Assembly (NCBI GenBank): GCA_049325535.1
Contig: JBMOKY010000001.1
Location: 221,002-285,001, forward strand
Direction: 5' to 3'
From: Patescibacteria group bacterium
GTDB taxonomy: Bacteria; Patescibacteriota; Patescibacteriia; UBA10025; JAHIVO01
DNA: 64,000 bases
This document shows, piece after piece, positions 1 through 9,564 of the stretch (the first letter of the stretch is position 1; each line of letters begins with the position of its first letter). The notes below the pieces were generated by a model, which was not told the DNA's origin, searched no databases, and saw only the letters and a list, made by a program, of their open reading frames with translations. Both the position numbers and the translations under genes were made by a program.

Positions 1-2694
1 GTAGCAAATATCGCCGTCAATGCCGGCGTCACGGCACTGCCGCAGATTTCCGCGTTGGATGGTCAGGATCCGGATATCGCGCTGTATGCCGATGGCCGTC
101 CGGGTATCGTCTGGCGAGATCCAAATTATGTACTCTACCGCCAGTGGGACGGCAGCGCCTGGGTCTCGGCTAGCGGTTCCGCTGGTATCGACTTCCTCTG
201 GGTCAATGCGGCTACAACCGGGGAAACCGAACGCTTAGCTGAGCTACATGGAGCTCCGTCAGTGGCTATCGGAAACGACGATCAGCCTCATATCGTGTGG
301 AGTGACGATTTGGCCGCGTCCGATATCGGAGACGTGCGCTATCGGCACTGGGATCCGGTCGCCAATGGCGGTCAGGGTGCCTGGGTCACCGGATCGGGCG
401 CGTATGGCAGTAATGGTGGGCCGTATAATTATGATGATCAAAATTTGACCGTGGCCGCGACCGCTTCCGGATATTCGCAGAGTCCGGTACTGGGGCTGGA
501 TCGGATGAATAATCCACACGTCGCCTGGAATGAGCTCATGTATGCCGGGGCCTGCAATCCTGCAAATGGCAATGCTGACTGCGGCGGTGCGTATCCCTAT
601 TGCATGACTGTGCCCTCGACCAGCGTCATCTATCGGTGCGCCGCCTCGGATGTGTACTATACCAAGCTCGCCGCTGGTAATACGGCCTCTGGCATCGGCT
701 GGATTGAGTTTATTCCTGCTGGGGCATTATTGGGAATTCCCTACGTCCAGACGTCATTTGGTGATGTTTTTGCGGGAGATAATATTGAATTGGCACCGCC
801 GCCAGCCGGGACGAATCAATACACGGCCACCTATCTGATACAGGCCAATGGCGATATCCAGGGGATTACGGGAAACTATACCTCTTCTCAGAGCGGATTA
901 CCCACTAGTTCTCTGGATGAACCCGGGTTAAATCCGCTGCTGCCCGGTTCTGAGCAACCATTCGGGCCAAACGTATTGTCGCGTCTGGACATAGATTCCC
1001 TGATTACCGCTGATCCAGTGACCAGTAAGGATCGCTTCGGCTATATCGTCAATACATATGCGGGCGGAGACTTGAGTGACGGCAGTCTGCTGGGCACGGC
1101 GCCGGTTCTGAACAATCAGGTCTATCACGTGACAGGTGATGCGACTATTGATCATCCCATGGTCATTACCAAGGGTGATATAGGAACTGATACATCGGGT
1201 AATGGGGTCATCATTATCGACGGGGATTTGGAGATCAATGCGCCAGTAACCTATGATTCGACCGTGCTTGGTGACATCACCGAGATGCCCTCGCTGGCAG
1301 TGATCGTGCGCGGGAATATTTACATCAATTCGTTGGTAGGCGAATTTGCCGGCGTGGTGGTAGCCATCGATCCCGATCTGGATGACGGTTATGAAGAGGG
1401 TATTATCAGTACCGGACGGAAAGTGCCGCTGCTGTATGGAGTCGCCGCGGCTACTGATGACACCACCGTCAGCAGTACGTATGTCAATGGAGTCAATAGC
1501 CAGCAGCTGCAATTCGGCGTGGACGCCGGCGGTGTCACCCATCGTGCATTCCTGCGCTGGCCGATTGCCATACCGGCCGGATCGGAAATCAGGCGCGCCT
1601 ACCTCCGATTGAGTTCGGATCTGGTGGGAAGCGGCAATGATTTTGAGGGCAGGATCTATCTCATCGATCAGGACACCGTCGGGGCGTTCACCGGCGCCGG
1701 ACAACCGATATATGATCTGCCGGTTTCAAACAGCATTACTTTTGATACTACCGACTGGAATGGCGTGGCCGTGCATGAATCGCCGGATGTTACGTCGCTG
1801 GTGCAGCGTTTCGTGGATAGTGATGCCTATACTCCGGGGACCTATCTCGGATTTGCTATTCATGAAGGACAGGCGCAGACGGGCGAATTCAAGCAGTTCT
1901 ATGCCCAGGACCATCTGTCCGGGTCAGCTGTAGAACTGGTGATCGAATACGCGCCACAACGAACCGTCTACGGGGTACTGGCGCAGGAAGATGATGTTTC
2001 CGCCTGGGGGACAAATGTGGGGGATTGGAGTGCTGCCCCGGCATGCATGAGCGCCGGATGGTATTCAAATAACCCCAATCGGGTATTTATGCGGTTCAGC
2101 CCTGAACCAGCCGGCGCGGGTTGGACTGAAATTCCGGAAAATGCCCAAATTCTGAGAGCGCGTATGCGGGTGACTGGCGCGGCATGCAGCGCCGGCGCGG
2201 CATTCCAGCTGCGTCAGGGATTGCTTAACGAAGTCGATATGCCCGCTATCGCGGCCAATCCGTATGAGTATGTTTTGAGCCAGGATGTATCGGAAATAGC
2301 CGATGATTTACCGGCCACCACCTGGGCCAATGGTACCGTGTACCAGCTGGCTGATACTCGGACACTGATTCAGGCTTGGGTGGATATGACCGGCTACGCA
2401 CCGGGAAATCATCTCGGTATCCGACTACGCCGAGGGGGCAATGAAACATTTGCCGGTGTCAATGAATTTCGTTCATTGCAGCCGCTGCTGACGAAGTATG
2501 ACATTGATTACCGAGTGCCGCTGCGCGTGTCAGGATTGTTCATTGCCCGCGGGTACCATTTTGACCGGAAGTATACGAAGAATCTTGAAGGTGCGGAGCA
2601 GATTGTGTATGATGGGAGGGTAGTGGCAAATACGCCCCCGGGACTTGCCGACTTCACAAAAGCATTACCAATTTATCAACGCGTAGTTCCCTAA
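1..2694 (+). CDS. Large secreted/surface repeat protein, 5' end outside window
   Basis: Frame 1 is open from base 1 to the stop at 2692-2694, so the listed M at 55 is internal. It has recurring P-x-IVW / HIVW / HVAW strand-like motifs and two similar ~45-aa C-terminal modules (FLRWPIAIPAGSEIRRAYLRL / FMRFSPEPAGAGWTEIPENAQILRARMRV). No catalytic motif was recognised. Confidence 0.6.
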   Translation, partial: VANIAVNAGVTALPQISALDGQDPDIALYADGRPGIVWRDPNYVLYRQWDGSAWVSASGSAGIDFLWVNAATTGETERLAELHGAPSVAIGNDDQPHIVWSDDLAASDIGDVRYRHWDPVANGGQGAWVTGSGAYGSNGGPYNYDDQNLTVAATASGYSQSPVLGLDRMNNPHVAWNELMYAGACNPANGNADCGGAYPYCMTVPSTSVIYRCAASDVYYTKLAAGNTASGIGWIEFIPAGALLGIPYVQTSFGDVFAGDNIELAPPPAGTNQYTATYLIQANGDIQGITGNYTSSQSGLPTSSLDEPGLNPLLPGSEQPFGPNVLSRLDIDSLITADPVTSKDRFGYIVNTYAGGDLSDGSLLGTAPVLNNQVYHVTGDATIDHPMVITKGDIGTDTSGNGVIIIDGDLEINAPVTYDSTVLGDITEMPSLAVIVRGNIYINSLVGEFAGVVVAIDPDLDDGYEEGIISTGRKVPLLYGVAAATDDTTVSSTYVNGVNSQQLQFGVDAGGVTHRAFLRWPIAIPAGSEIRRAYLRLSSDLVGSGNDFEGRIYLIDQDTVGAFTGAGQPIYDLPVSNSITFDTTDWNGVAVHESPDVTSLVQRFVDSDAYTPGTYLGFAIHEGQAQTGEFKQFYAQDHLSGSAVELVIEYAPQRTVYGVLAQEDDVSAWGTNVGDWSAAPACMSAGWYSNNPNRVFMRFSPEPAGAGWTEIPENAQILRARMRVTGAACSAGAAFQLRQGLLNEVDMPAIAANPYEYVLSQDVSEIADDLPATTWANGTVYQLADTRTLIQAWVDMTGYAPGNHLGIRLRRGGNETFAGVNEFRSLQPLLTKYDIDYRVPLRVSGLFIARGYHFDRKYTKNLEGAEQIVYDGRVVANTPPGLADFTKALPIYQRVVP

Positions 2695-2700
2695 ACACGT

Positions 2701-3843
2701 ATGGCAAAAAAACAAAGCTATCTCGGAGTCGATCTCGGTGGTTCGAGCATCAAGATTGTCGAACTGAAAACAGAAAATAACCGGCCGCAGCTGGTGACGT
2801 ACGGTTTTATTGATGAGACCTATAATATCGTCAAAGACGATACCAAAGAAGCTCGCGCGGAGATCGCCGCGCATTTGAAGGAGCTTCTGAAACGCTCAAA
2901 GGTTTCTACGGAAAATGCCGTTGCGGCGCTGCCGAGTTTTAGCGTATTTAGTTCGATCATCAGCCTGCCGGCGATGAATAAAAAAGATCTCATTTCCGCG
3001 GTGCGGTGGGAAGCGAAAAAATTCGTCCCCATCCCCTTGGAGGAGATGATTTTGGATTGGGAAGTGCTGGGTGGCTTGCCCGAGGAGAAGAATAAAAAGA
3101 AGGATGGAACATTTGCTCATACTATGAAAAAAGTTGATCCGGAAAAGAAATTGGAAGTTGAAGTAGAGCAGAAAAAAAATACTGACGACTCGCAGAAAAA
3201 CAACTTACGCGTGCTGTTGACCGCTGCCCCAAAGAACATGGTCAATAATTATGTGGCTTTATTTAAGGAGGTCGGTTTGCGGCTGGTTGGACTGGAAACT
3301 GAGTCGTTTGCCATTGAGCGTGCGCTGGTTGGCAATGACCGCAATCCCATCATGGTGATCGACATCGGCGGAGCGGCTACCAGCATCATCATTTATGCTG
3401 AAGGCGTGCCGATATTGAATCGGAGCATTGATTTGGGCGGAAAGAGTATCACTCAGTCCATGATGGACGCCATGCAGATGACCTACGAGCAGGCGGAACA
3501 ATTCAAACGTGACCTGAGTGTGACGGTCGGTTCGGAATCGATGAACAATCTGCCGAAGCAGGTGAAGTATGTGATAAATTCCATCATGAATGAGATCCGG
3601 TATATTCTGAATATATATCGGAATCAGTATAAACAGCCGATTTCAAAAATTGTATTAACCGGCGGGTCGGCATTTCTTGGCAATTTGACGCAGTATATAC
3701 AGGAGAATTTTAATATCAAATCATTCGTAGGTGACCCCTGGGCGCGAGTCGTACATCCGGTCGAGATCGATTCACTGCTGAAAGAGCTAGGGCCCCGTAT
3801 GTCAGTGGCTATCGGGCTGGCAATGCGCGAGTTGACGTCCTGA
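2701..3843 (+). CDS. pilM: Type IV pilus assembly protein PilM (actin-like ATPase)
   Basis: N-terminus YLGVDLGGSSIKIVELK is the canonical PilM/FtsA-like start. Length is 380 aa. It sits directly 5' of pilN/pilO. Confidence 0.85.
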   Translation: MAKKQSYLGVDLGGSSIKIVELKTENNRPQLVTYGFIDETYNIVKDDTKEARAEIAAHLKELLKRSKVSTENAVAALPSFSVFSSIISLPAMNKKDLISAVRWEAKKFVPIPLEEMILDWEVLGGLPEEKNKKKDGTFAHTMKKVDPEKKLEVEVEQKKNTDDSQKNNLRVLLTAAPKNMVNNYVALFKEVGLRLVGLETESFAIERALVGNDRNPIMVIDIGGAATSIIIYAEGVPILNRSIDLGGKSITQSMMDAMQMTYEQAEQFKRDLSVTVGSESMNNLPKQVKYVINSIMNEIRYILNIYRNQYKQPISKIVLTGGSAFLGNLTQYIQENFNIKSFVGDPWARVVHPVEIDSLLKELGPRMSVAIGLAMRELTS

Positions 3844-3875
3844 TGCAAAAATTGTCTAGTAAGTGGGACCATGAT

Positions 3876-3907
3876 GCCGCTCTGAGGCCGGAGCGGCTTT
3901 TTGTTTT
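3876..3907 (+). terminator. Rho-independent terminator after pilM
   Basis: Stem gccgctc ... gagcggc followed by tttttgtttt. Confidence 0.55.
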
Positions 3908-3934
3908 AAACCTGCCAAGAAAAGGTGCAAATCC

Positions 3935-3963
3935 TTGACTTTCGTATTTAAATGTGCTAAAAT
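3935..3963 (+). promoter_or_regulatory. Sigma70-like promoter for pilN
   Basis: TTGACT at 3935-3940, 17-nt spacer, TAAAAT at 3958-3963, inside an AT-rich intergenic island. Confidence 0.4.
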
Positions 3964-4127
3964 AAAGACATAATAAGCAAATACTAGAGAAAAAAGACTC
4001 TATATATTGCTTATGCATGAAGCGCCCAAGTCCCACAGGACATGGGGCCATCGTTTTTTATCGCCACACTACCGTGGTTTTACTCATCACGCGTAGTAAA
4101 AAAACAAAAATAAAACACGTTTGACGT

Positions 4128-5876
4128 ATGGCGATTAATCTCCTCCCCAGCGAGGAAAAAGCAAAAGCAAAAATAGAAAAATCAGCACCCGAGCAAACCA
4201 TTGCCATGACCGGACCGACTGCGGCTGAAAAAAATAAACCCACGGTCAAGCGGGCAGGTGTTTTGACGTTTTTCAAAGGAGCGTTCAGCAAGCCGAAACA
4301 GAAGCCTGAGGAGGAAGCGGGAGTGCCGATCCCCGAGCGGAAGGTGCGTTTTGAAGAGCATGTGGTGTATCAACCTACGCCGGTTGAGCCGAAGAAGATT
4401 GTCACCTTTCAGCCAAAACCGAAAGAAGAAAAAAAATCAAAGTCCGCGTCGCCGTTGCCGGCGGATAGGGGAGGTTTTTTTGCGCGTTTCATCAGGGTGA
4501 AGCCTGCACCAGAAAAGCCGGCTGCTCCGACCGGGGTCGTGGGTGCGGAAGCATTTCCGCGGTTCGCGCATGTACGCACCGAACATCTGTCGGAGACTTC
4601 AGGTACCGCCAAAAAGCGGAATGGAAATGTCATCAAAGTTACCACCGCGGCGCCGGAAGCGCGATCAACTAATACGCGTCATGATCGACCGTCGCTGTTC
4701 AAACGGATCGCTGCCTGGTTACGTTCATTATTTGGAACGAAATCACGAGAACAGAAACTGCCGCTGCGCGATCAATCTGAAGTGGCTCCCGTGCCCGCAT
4801 CGGTGCCGCAGCAGTCAGTCAGATATAAAACAGTTTCTATGCCCGCACCGCAAGTACGCGTGGCGCCCGTGCCAGTAGTGCCAATCAGCAAACCGCCTCT
4901 GGCTGCGCCGCACGCTGAAACTGCGCGTCCGATAGTACCCCCGATACCTAAACCGTCGGCACCGGTCGTTCCGCCTCCGCTCCCGCCCCAGCCACCGAAA
5001 CCAGTGCCACCGATACCCATTCTGCCTCCAGAAAAAAAACACCAGCATGAAAAAAAACAAACGGTGCAGTTTACCTCAGCACCAGAGCTGAAAGATGGCC
5101 CAGCCCCAGTTGCGCCGACAGTGCAGTCGCGGGGCTTTATGAGCAGGTTGCTTGCGGGTCTGCGGGGACTTTTTCGCACCCGTGCCAAGGCAGCACTGAC
5201 AGGCGCTGCATCAGGTGGAGGTATCGGCCAAAAAACCGATGTACCAATCACGCCAGCGGGGATGAACTGGGATGTCAATCTAGTTCCGGAAGAAGCACTA
5301 GAGCAAGAAATTTCCGTGTCGCGGCTGCTGCTATTGGCTACGTTCGTCACCATCGCCATCGGGGTGGTGTTTGGCGGCTGGCTGTGGGCAAACTGGTATT
5401 TCAATTCCATCACGACCAATATCAACGAGATCAATAATCAAATCGCTATTTCCGATATTCAAATCCGATCCTATGATACGATGCAGGACGAGGTGAAGGA
5501 TTTACAGGCGAAAATTACGAACGTCAAAACGCTGCTCAATAAGCATATTTATTGGTCGCGGTTGTTTTCAAAACTGGAGCAGTACACGACTCCTGACGTG
5601 TATTTCACGTCACTGACCGCCGACGTCAATGGCTCGATCAATCTGTCTGCCGTCGGGCGAAATTATAATGCCGCCATAAAGCAATTGATGGTGTACAATC
5701 AAGCGGATGATTTTGTCTCCTCGGTGACTATATCGGGCATCACCTTCCGTACCTCGAGCGCGTCAGGCGCCGCTGCTAGTCAGCCGGCGACTTCGGTAGT
5801 TGCCGATCCGCCGGTCACCTTTACCGTGGATTTGAAGGTGCTCCCCGACATTTTTTACTTTACTCAAACCCCATGA
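4128..5876 (+). CDS. pilN: PilN-like pilus assembly protein with ~390-aa K/P/A-rich insertion
   Basis: Starts MAINLLPSEEK, the conserved PilN INLLP PilM-binding peptide. A long lysine/proline-rich low-complexity segment follows, then a single TM helix (LLLLATFVTIAIGVVFGGWLW) and a PilN-type periplasmic domain. Confidence 0.75.
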   Translation: MAINLLPSEEKAKAKIEKSAPEQTIAMTGPTAAEKNKPTVKRAGVLTFFKGAFSKPKQKPEEEAGVPIPERKVRFEEHVVYQPTPVEPKKIVTFQPKPKEEKKSKSASPLPADRGGFFARFIRVKPAPEKPAAPTGVVGAEAFPRFAHVRTEHLSETSGTAKKRNGNVIKVTTAAPEARSTNTRHDRPSLFKRIAAWLRSLFGTKSREQKLPLRDQSEVAPVPASVPQQSVRYKTVSMPAPQVRVAPVPVVPISKPPLAAPHAETARPIVPPIPKPSAPVVPPPLPPQPPKPVPPIPILPPEKKHQHEKKQTVQFTSAPELKDGPAPVAPTVQSRGFMSRLLAGLRGLFRTRAKAALTGAASGGGIGQKTDVPITPAGMNWDVNLVPEEALEQEISVSRLLLLATFVTIAIGVVFGGWLWANWYFNSITTNINEINNQIAISDIQIRSYDTMQDEVKDLQAKITNVKTLLNKHIYWSRLFSKLEQYTTPDVYFTSLTADVNGSINLSAVGRNYNAAIKQLMVYNQADDFVSSVTISGITFRTSSASGAAASQPATSVVADPPVTFTVDLKVLPDIFYFTQTP

Positions 5877-6445
5877 ATCCCAAAGCATTAAAACGTCGCA
5901 TCGCATTTATTTTCAGCCAGTATTTTGTGTTGGTGGTGATTGGGTTTGTGGTGGTGATTCTCGGTTTGGGATATCTCATTTTTATCCAGGGTATCGTCAG
6001 CGATATCCAGGAAGTCGGGATGGTAGACCTTACGTCGCAGCTCCAGACGCTAGACCAGCGGCGGGTCACATTGGAACGGCTTGAGGACCTGCAATTGCAG
6101 TACCAGCAGATCACGCATGACCAGGTACGTCAGGCGGAGTCCGTATTGCCCACGGCTGCGGAAATCCCACAGATCATGATTGAACTCAAGGACTTCGTGC
6201 TGCAAAATCAGCTGGATCTCCGCGCCCTCGATAGCGGCCCATTGCAGGAGCCGGTTGCCGCTCCGAGCGCCACGGTCAAAACGCTGAATATCTCCCTGAC
6301 CATCGATGGTATCGTCAGCTATGCCAAGCTGAAGGATTTCCTGGATAATGTCAGCCAGCGGCTTCCATTACTGGAATTAAACGCAATCAGTTATTCGCCC
6401 AGCAACACAAGTTATACGCTTAATTGCACCCTGTACTATCAATAG
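5873..6445 (+). CDS. pilO: PilO-like pilus assembly protein
   Basis: ATGA start/stop overlap with pilN. N-terminal TM helix, then a coiled-coil-like segment (QLQTLDQRRVTLERLEDLQLQYQQ) and a small C-terminal domain. Position is after pilM-pilN. Confidence 0.6.
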   Translation: MNPKALKRRIAFIFSQYFVLVVIGFVVVILGLGYLIFIQGIVSDIQEVGMVDLTSQLQTLDQRRVTLERLEDLQLQYQQITHDQVRQAESVLPTAAEIPQIMIELKDFVLQNQLDLRALDSGPLQEPVAAPSATVKTLNISLTIDGIVSYAKLKDFLDNVSQRLPLLELNAISYSPSNTSYTLNCTLYYQ

Positions 6446-6451
6446 CATCGT

Positions 6452-7375
6452 ATGTTAATACAACGTCGCGGACTAAATAAACGAACAACGTATCTGCTGA
6501 TCACCGCACTCGTGGTGATGCTGGGTGGTGGCTATTTCGTGTACTCGCAATTTTACGCGTCAAGTGAAGGGGTCACGACGCTCGGCACGACCGGCGGCAG
6601 CGCTTTGGTCCCGTCGCAGGTGGCCTCGCTCGATGATTCAATATTTGATGATCCGCAGCTTTTTACCCTGGAGCGTGATCAATTCGCCGGCTATACGGAG
6701 CAAACATCGGGCGCAGCAATTGATCCGAAATTGCCTCTGGCACCGGTTAACGTTTCCATCCAAAATCCCGGTATCGGCGCCACACTGGTCATTCATTGGC
6801 AGACACCCGCATACGCCAATTACACCGAGGCAAGAATCTATCGATCCGAGGTCCAAAACACGCTGGGAACCCGTATCGCCACGCTGGATGTCGATCAGGC
6901 CAACCGCATCATGTCGTATGAGGACACGTCAGTGGAAAATAATCGTCGGTACTACTATCTGATCCGCCTCGCTACTTCAGCCGGTATCGAATCGACCAAC
7001 GCAGTGCAGTCGGCCGCTATTGCCACTGATGATTTGCCGCCCGCGGCACCGCACAATGTATCAGTCGTCTCCGTCGGTGATGATTTGGAAGTACGCTGGC
7101 ATCTGGAAAATGCTGATGATGTCGCCGCTGTCCGAATTTACCGTTCGTTGGTTCCCGGAGAGATCGGCGAGCTGCTGGTGGAGGGGGCGCCGCAATCTGG
7201 ATCTGATGAAACTGATCCGGAGTATACGTATCGTGACGGATCGATAGACGTCAATACGACGTATTATTATACGGTGACTGCCCAGGACGCGAGTGGCAAT
7301 GAATCATCGCGGGATATACTCAGCGTGCCCTACAATGTCAATCCGTTTGCACCGGTAGATTTTACTACTTCGTAA
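6452..7375 (+). CDS. Membrane-anchored protein with two Fn3-like domains (occupies PilP/PilQ position)
   Basis: N-terminal TM anchor. Two beta-sandwich signatures (YYYLIRLATSAG; YYYTVTAQDASGNES), typical of fibronectin type III. Confidence 0.55.
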   Translation: MLIQRRGLNKRTTYLLITALVVMLGGGYFVYSQFYASSEGVTTLGTTGGSALVPSQVASLDDSIFDDPQLFTLERDQFAGYTEQTSGAAIDPKLPLAPVNVSIQNPGIGATLVIHWQTPAYANYTEARIYRSEVQNTLGTRIATLDVDQANRIMSYEDTSVENNRRYYYLIRLATSAGIESTNAVQSAAIATDDLPPAAPHNVSVVSVGDDLEVRWHLENADDVAAVRIYRSLVPGEIGELLVEGAPQSGSDETDPEYTYRDGSIDVNTTYYYTVTAQDASGNESSRDILSVPYNVNPFAPVDFTTS

Positions 7376-7381
7376 TCAATC

Positions 7382-9145
7382 ATGGCTGATCAATTTTCCC
7401 AATCCTACCAAGGTCAATCTCTGTTTGAAACGCTGGCTCAGCAGCGGTCTATTCCTGCTGAAAAAATCACGGCGATTCGTCAGCAATTTCCTGAGGACGA
7501 AGAGGCCATCCGGGAGCTGATACAGAAAGGGTTTGTCTCTGAAGAAGAGGTGGCAAAAGTGCGGGCGCAGATGCTGGGCGTGTCGTATATTGATCTATTC
7601 GGTAAATCAATTTCTCAGTCGATTCTCAATCTGATCCCTCGGGAGCTTTCAGAAAATTACCATGTCGTTACTTTTAATAAAACAGGCAATACCATCGACA
7701 TCGCCATGGTTAATCCCGGTGATTTCAAAGCCATCGAGGCGGTGGAATTTATCGCCCGGGAAAATGGGTTCAAGCTAAATTATCATCTGATATCAGAGAG
7801 CGGATTTCGTCAGGCATTTAAGCAATTTGCCACGCTGGGGGCGGAAGTCGAGGAAGCATTGGCGAGCACTGAGAAACAGGACAGTGAGGACGACGCGCTG
7901 GAAGAGGCGCTGTCCAAAGAAAAGGGGATGGAGGAAGTCGTCAAGAGCGCCCCGGTGTCTAAAATGGTCAATGTCATTCTCAAACACGCCGTGGAAGGCA
8001 ATGCGTCTGATATCCACATCGAGCCGGTGGAAAATGAGACCCGGGTGCGCTACCGGGTGGATGGTGTGCTGCACACGTCACTGGTCCTGCCGCGCTACGT
8101 GCACAATTCCATCGTGGCCCGTATCAAAGTCATGTGCAATCTCAAGCTGGATGAGACACGTGTGCCGCAGGACGGGCGTTTCCGTACCGAGTGGGGCGGC
8201 CGGATTATCGATTACCGCGTATCGACACTGCCGCTCTTTGCCAATGAAAAAGTCGTGATGCGTATTTTGGACCGATCATCGGTGGTTCTCGATTTGGAAA
8301 AATTAGGATTTGAAGGGCGGCAACTGGACCTGATGAAAAAAGCCACTGAAAAATCAGTCGGCATGATCCTGCTCACTGGCCCGACCGGTTCCGGTAAGTC
8401 GACGACGCTCTCGGCATTGCTGACTATTCTCAATGAAGAATCGGTTAATATCGTAACATTGGAAGATCCGGTTGAGTATTATATCGAAGGCGTCAATCAG
8501 TCGCAGATCAATCCTGACGTCGGTCTGACATTTGCCGCTGGACTGCGGTCTATCCTCCGCCAGGATCCGGATGTGATCATGGTCGGTGAAATTCGTGACA
8601 ATGAAACTGCGGAATTGGCCGTACACGCATCTCTGACCGGCCATCTGGTACTATCGACGCTCCATACCAATGACTCATTCGGCGCCATTCCCCGCATGAT
8701 TGACATGAAGATTGAGCCGTTCCTGATCACCGCGTCGCTGTCCACCATCGTGGCCCAGCGTTTGGTGCGCCGCGTCTGTCAGTATTGCCAAAAGGAAGTG
8801 CAGCTGCCTGACGAGCTGAAGCGGGACGTGGAAAAACAAATCGCCGGTATCCCACCGGAGGTGTTCAAACGCCGTTTGGGAACAGAAAAACCCGAATTGA
8901 AATTTTACGAGGGGACTGGATGCGCGCGTTGTGAAAACACCGGGTATAAAGGGCGTATTCTCATCACGGAGATATTGGAGATTGACGAGGAGATGAAAAA
9001 CGTCATCGTCACCAATCCCAGCATTGACTCAATCCGGGAGACGGCACAGCGACAGAACATGCTGACGATGGCGCAGGATGGCATCCTCAAGGCGATGGAA
9101 CGAAAGACGTCATTTCGTGAAATTTTAAGTGCGACTCGAACATAA
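7382..9145 (+). CDS. pilB: Type IV pilus assembly ATPase PilB (GspE family)
   Basis: Walker A LLTGPTGSGKSTTL. Asp/His boxes. C-terminal tetracysteine CQYC...CARCENTGYKGR. N-terminal T2SSE_N-like domain. Confidence 0.9.
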   Translation: MADQFSQSYQGQSLFETLAQQRSIPAEKITAIRQQFPEDEEAIRELIQKGFVSEEEVAKVRAQMLGVSYIDLFGKSISQSILNLIPRELSENYHVVTFNKTGNTIDIAMVNPGDFKAIEAVEFIARENGFKLNYHLISESGFRQAFKQFATLGAEVEEALASTEKQDSEDDALEEALSKEKGMEEVVKSAPVSKMVNVILKHAVEGNASDIHIEPVENETRVRYRVDGVLHTSLVLPRYVHNSIVARIKVMCNLKLDETRVPQDGRFRTEWGGRIIDYRVSTLPLFANEKVVMRILDRSSVVLDLEKLGFEGRQLDLMKKATEKSVGMILLTGPTGSGKSTTLSALLTILNEESVNIVTLEDPVEYYIEGVNQSQINPDVGLTFAAGLRSILRQDPDVIMVGEIRDNETAELAVHASLTGHLVLSTLHTNDSFGAIPRMIDMKIEPFLITASLSTIVAQRLVRRVCQYCQKEVQLPDELKRDVEKQIAGIPPEVFKRRLGTEKPELKFYEGTGCARCENTGYKGRILITEILEIDEEMKNVIVTNPSIDSIRETAQRQNMLTMAQDGILKAMERKTSFREILSATRT

Positions 9146-9159
9146 TTATCACTAAACCT

Positions 9160-9543
9160 ATGACACCCGCAAGCCCAATCAAAATTCTTTTGGTGGAGGA
9201 CGATACATTTTTAGCCGGCATGTATGTGACCAAGCTCAATCTGGATGGGTTTCAGGTTGAATTGGCGGCCGACGGCGAGCAGGGGCTGGAGCGGGCCCAG
9301 GCGACGAAGCCGGATATTGTATTACTCGATGTCATATTGCCCAGAATGAGCGGCTTTGATGTGCTAAAAAATATTAAATCCGACGCCACGCTCAAAGACG
9401 TCCCCGTGGTGATGCTGACCAATCTGGGTCAGCCGGAGGACGTGCAGAAAGGGTTGGCTCTTGGTGCGGTTGATTACCTGGTCAAGGCGCATTTTATGCC
9501 GTCTGAAGTAGTGGACAAAGTTAAGGAAATATTAAAAAAATAG
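9160..9543 (+). CDS. Single-domain CheY-like response regulator
   Basis: KILLVEDD...DIVLLDVILP...K receiver signature. 127 aa, no output domain. Confidence 0.85.
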   Translation: MTPASPIKILLVEDDTFLAGMYVTKLNLDGFQVELAADGEQGLERAQATKPDIVLLDVILPRMSGFDVLKNIKSDATLKDVPVVMLTNLGQPEDVQKGLALGAVDYLVKAHFMPSEVVDKVKEILKK

Positions 9544-9564
9544 CCTGACTCAGCAGAGAATCTC

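Noticed and set aside
928-1704. 258-aa minus-strand ORF
   Set aside because: Entirely antisense to the well-supported 5'-truncated surface-protein gene. No SD was seen, and the translation is composition-biased.
4772-5434. 220-aa minus-strand ORF and the 4543-4878 + ORF inside pilN
   Set aside because: They lie within the proline/lysine-rich low-complexity region of pilN. The repetitive sequence generates long spurious frames, which translate as Gly/Thr/Arg-rich junk.
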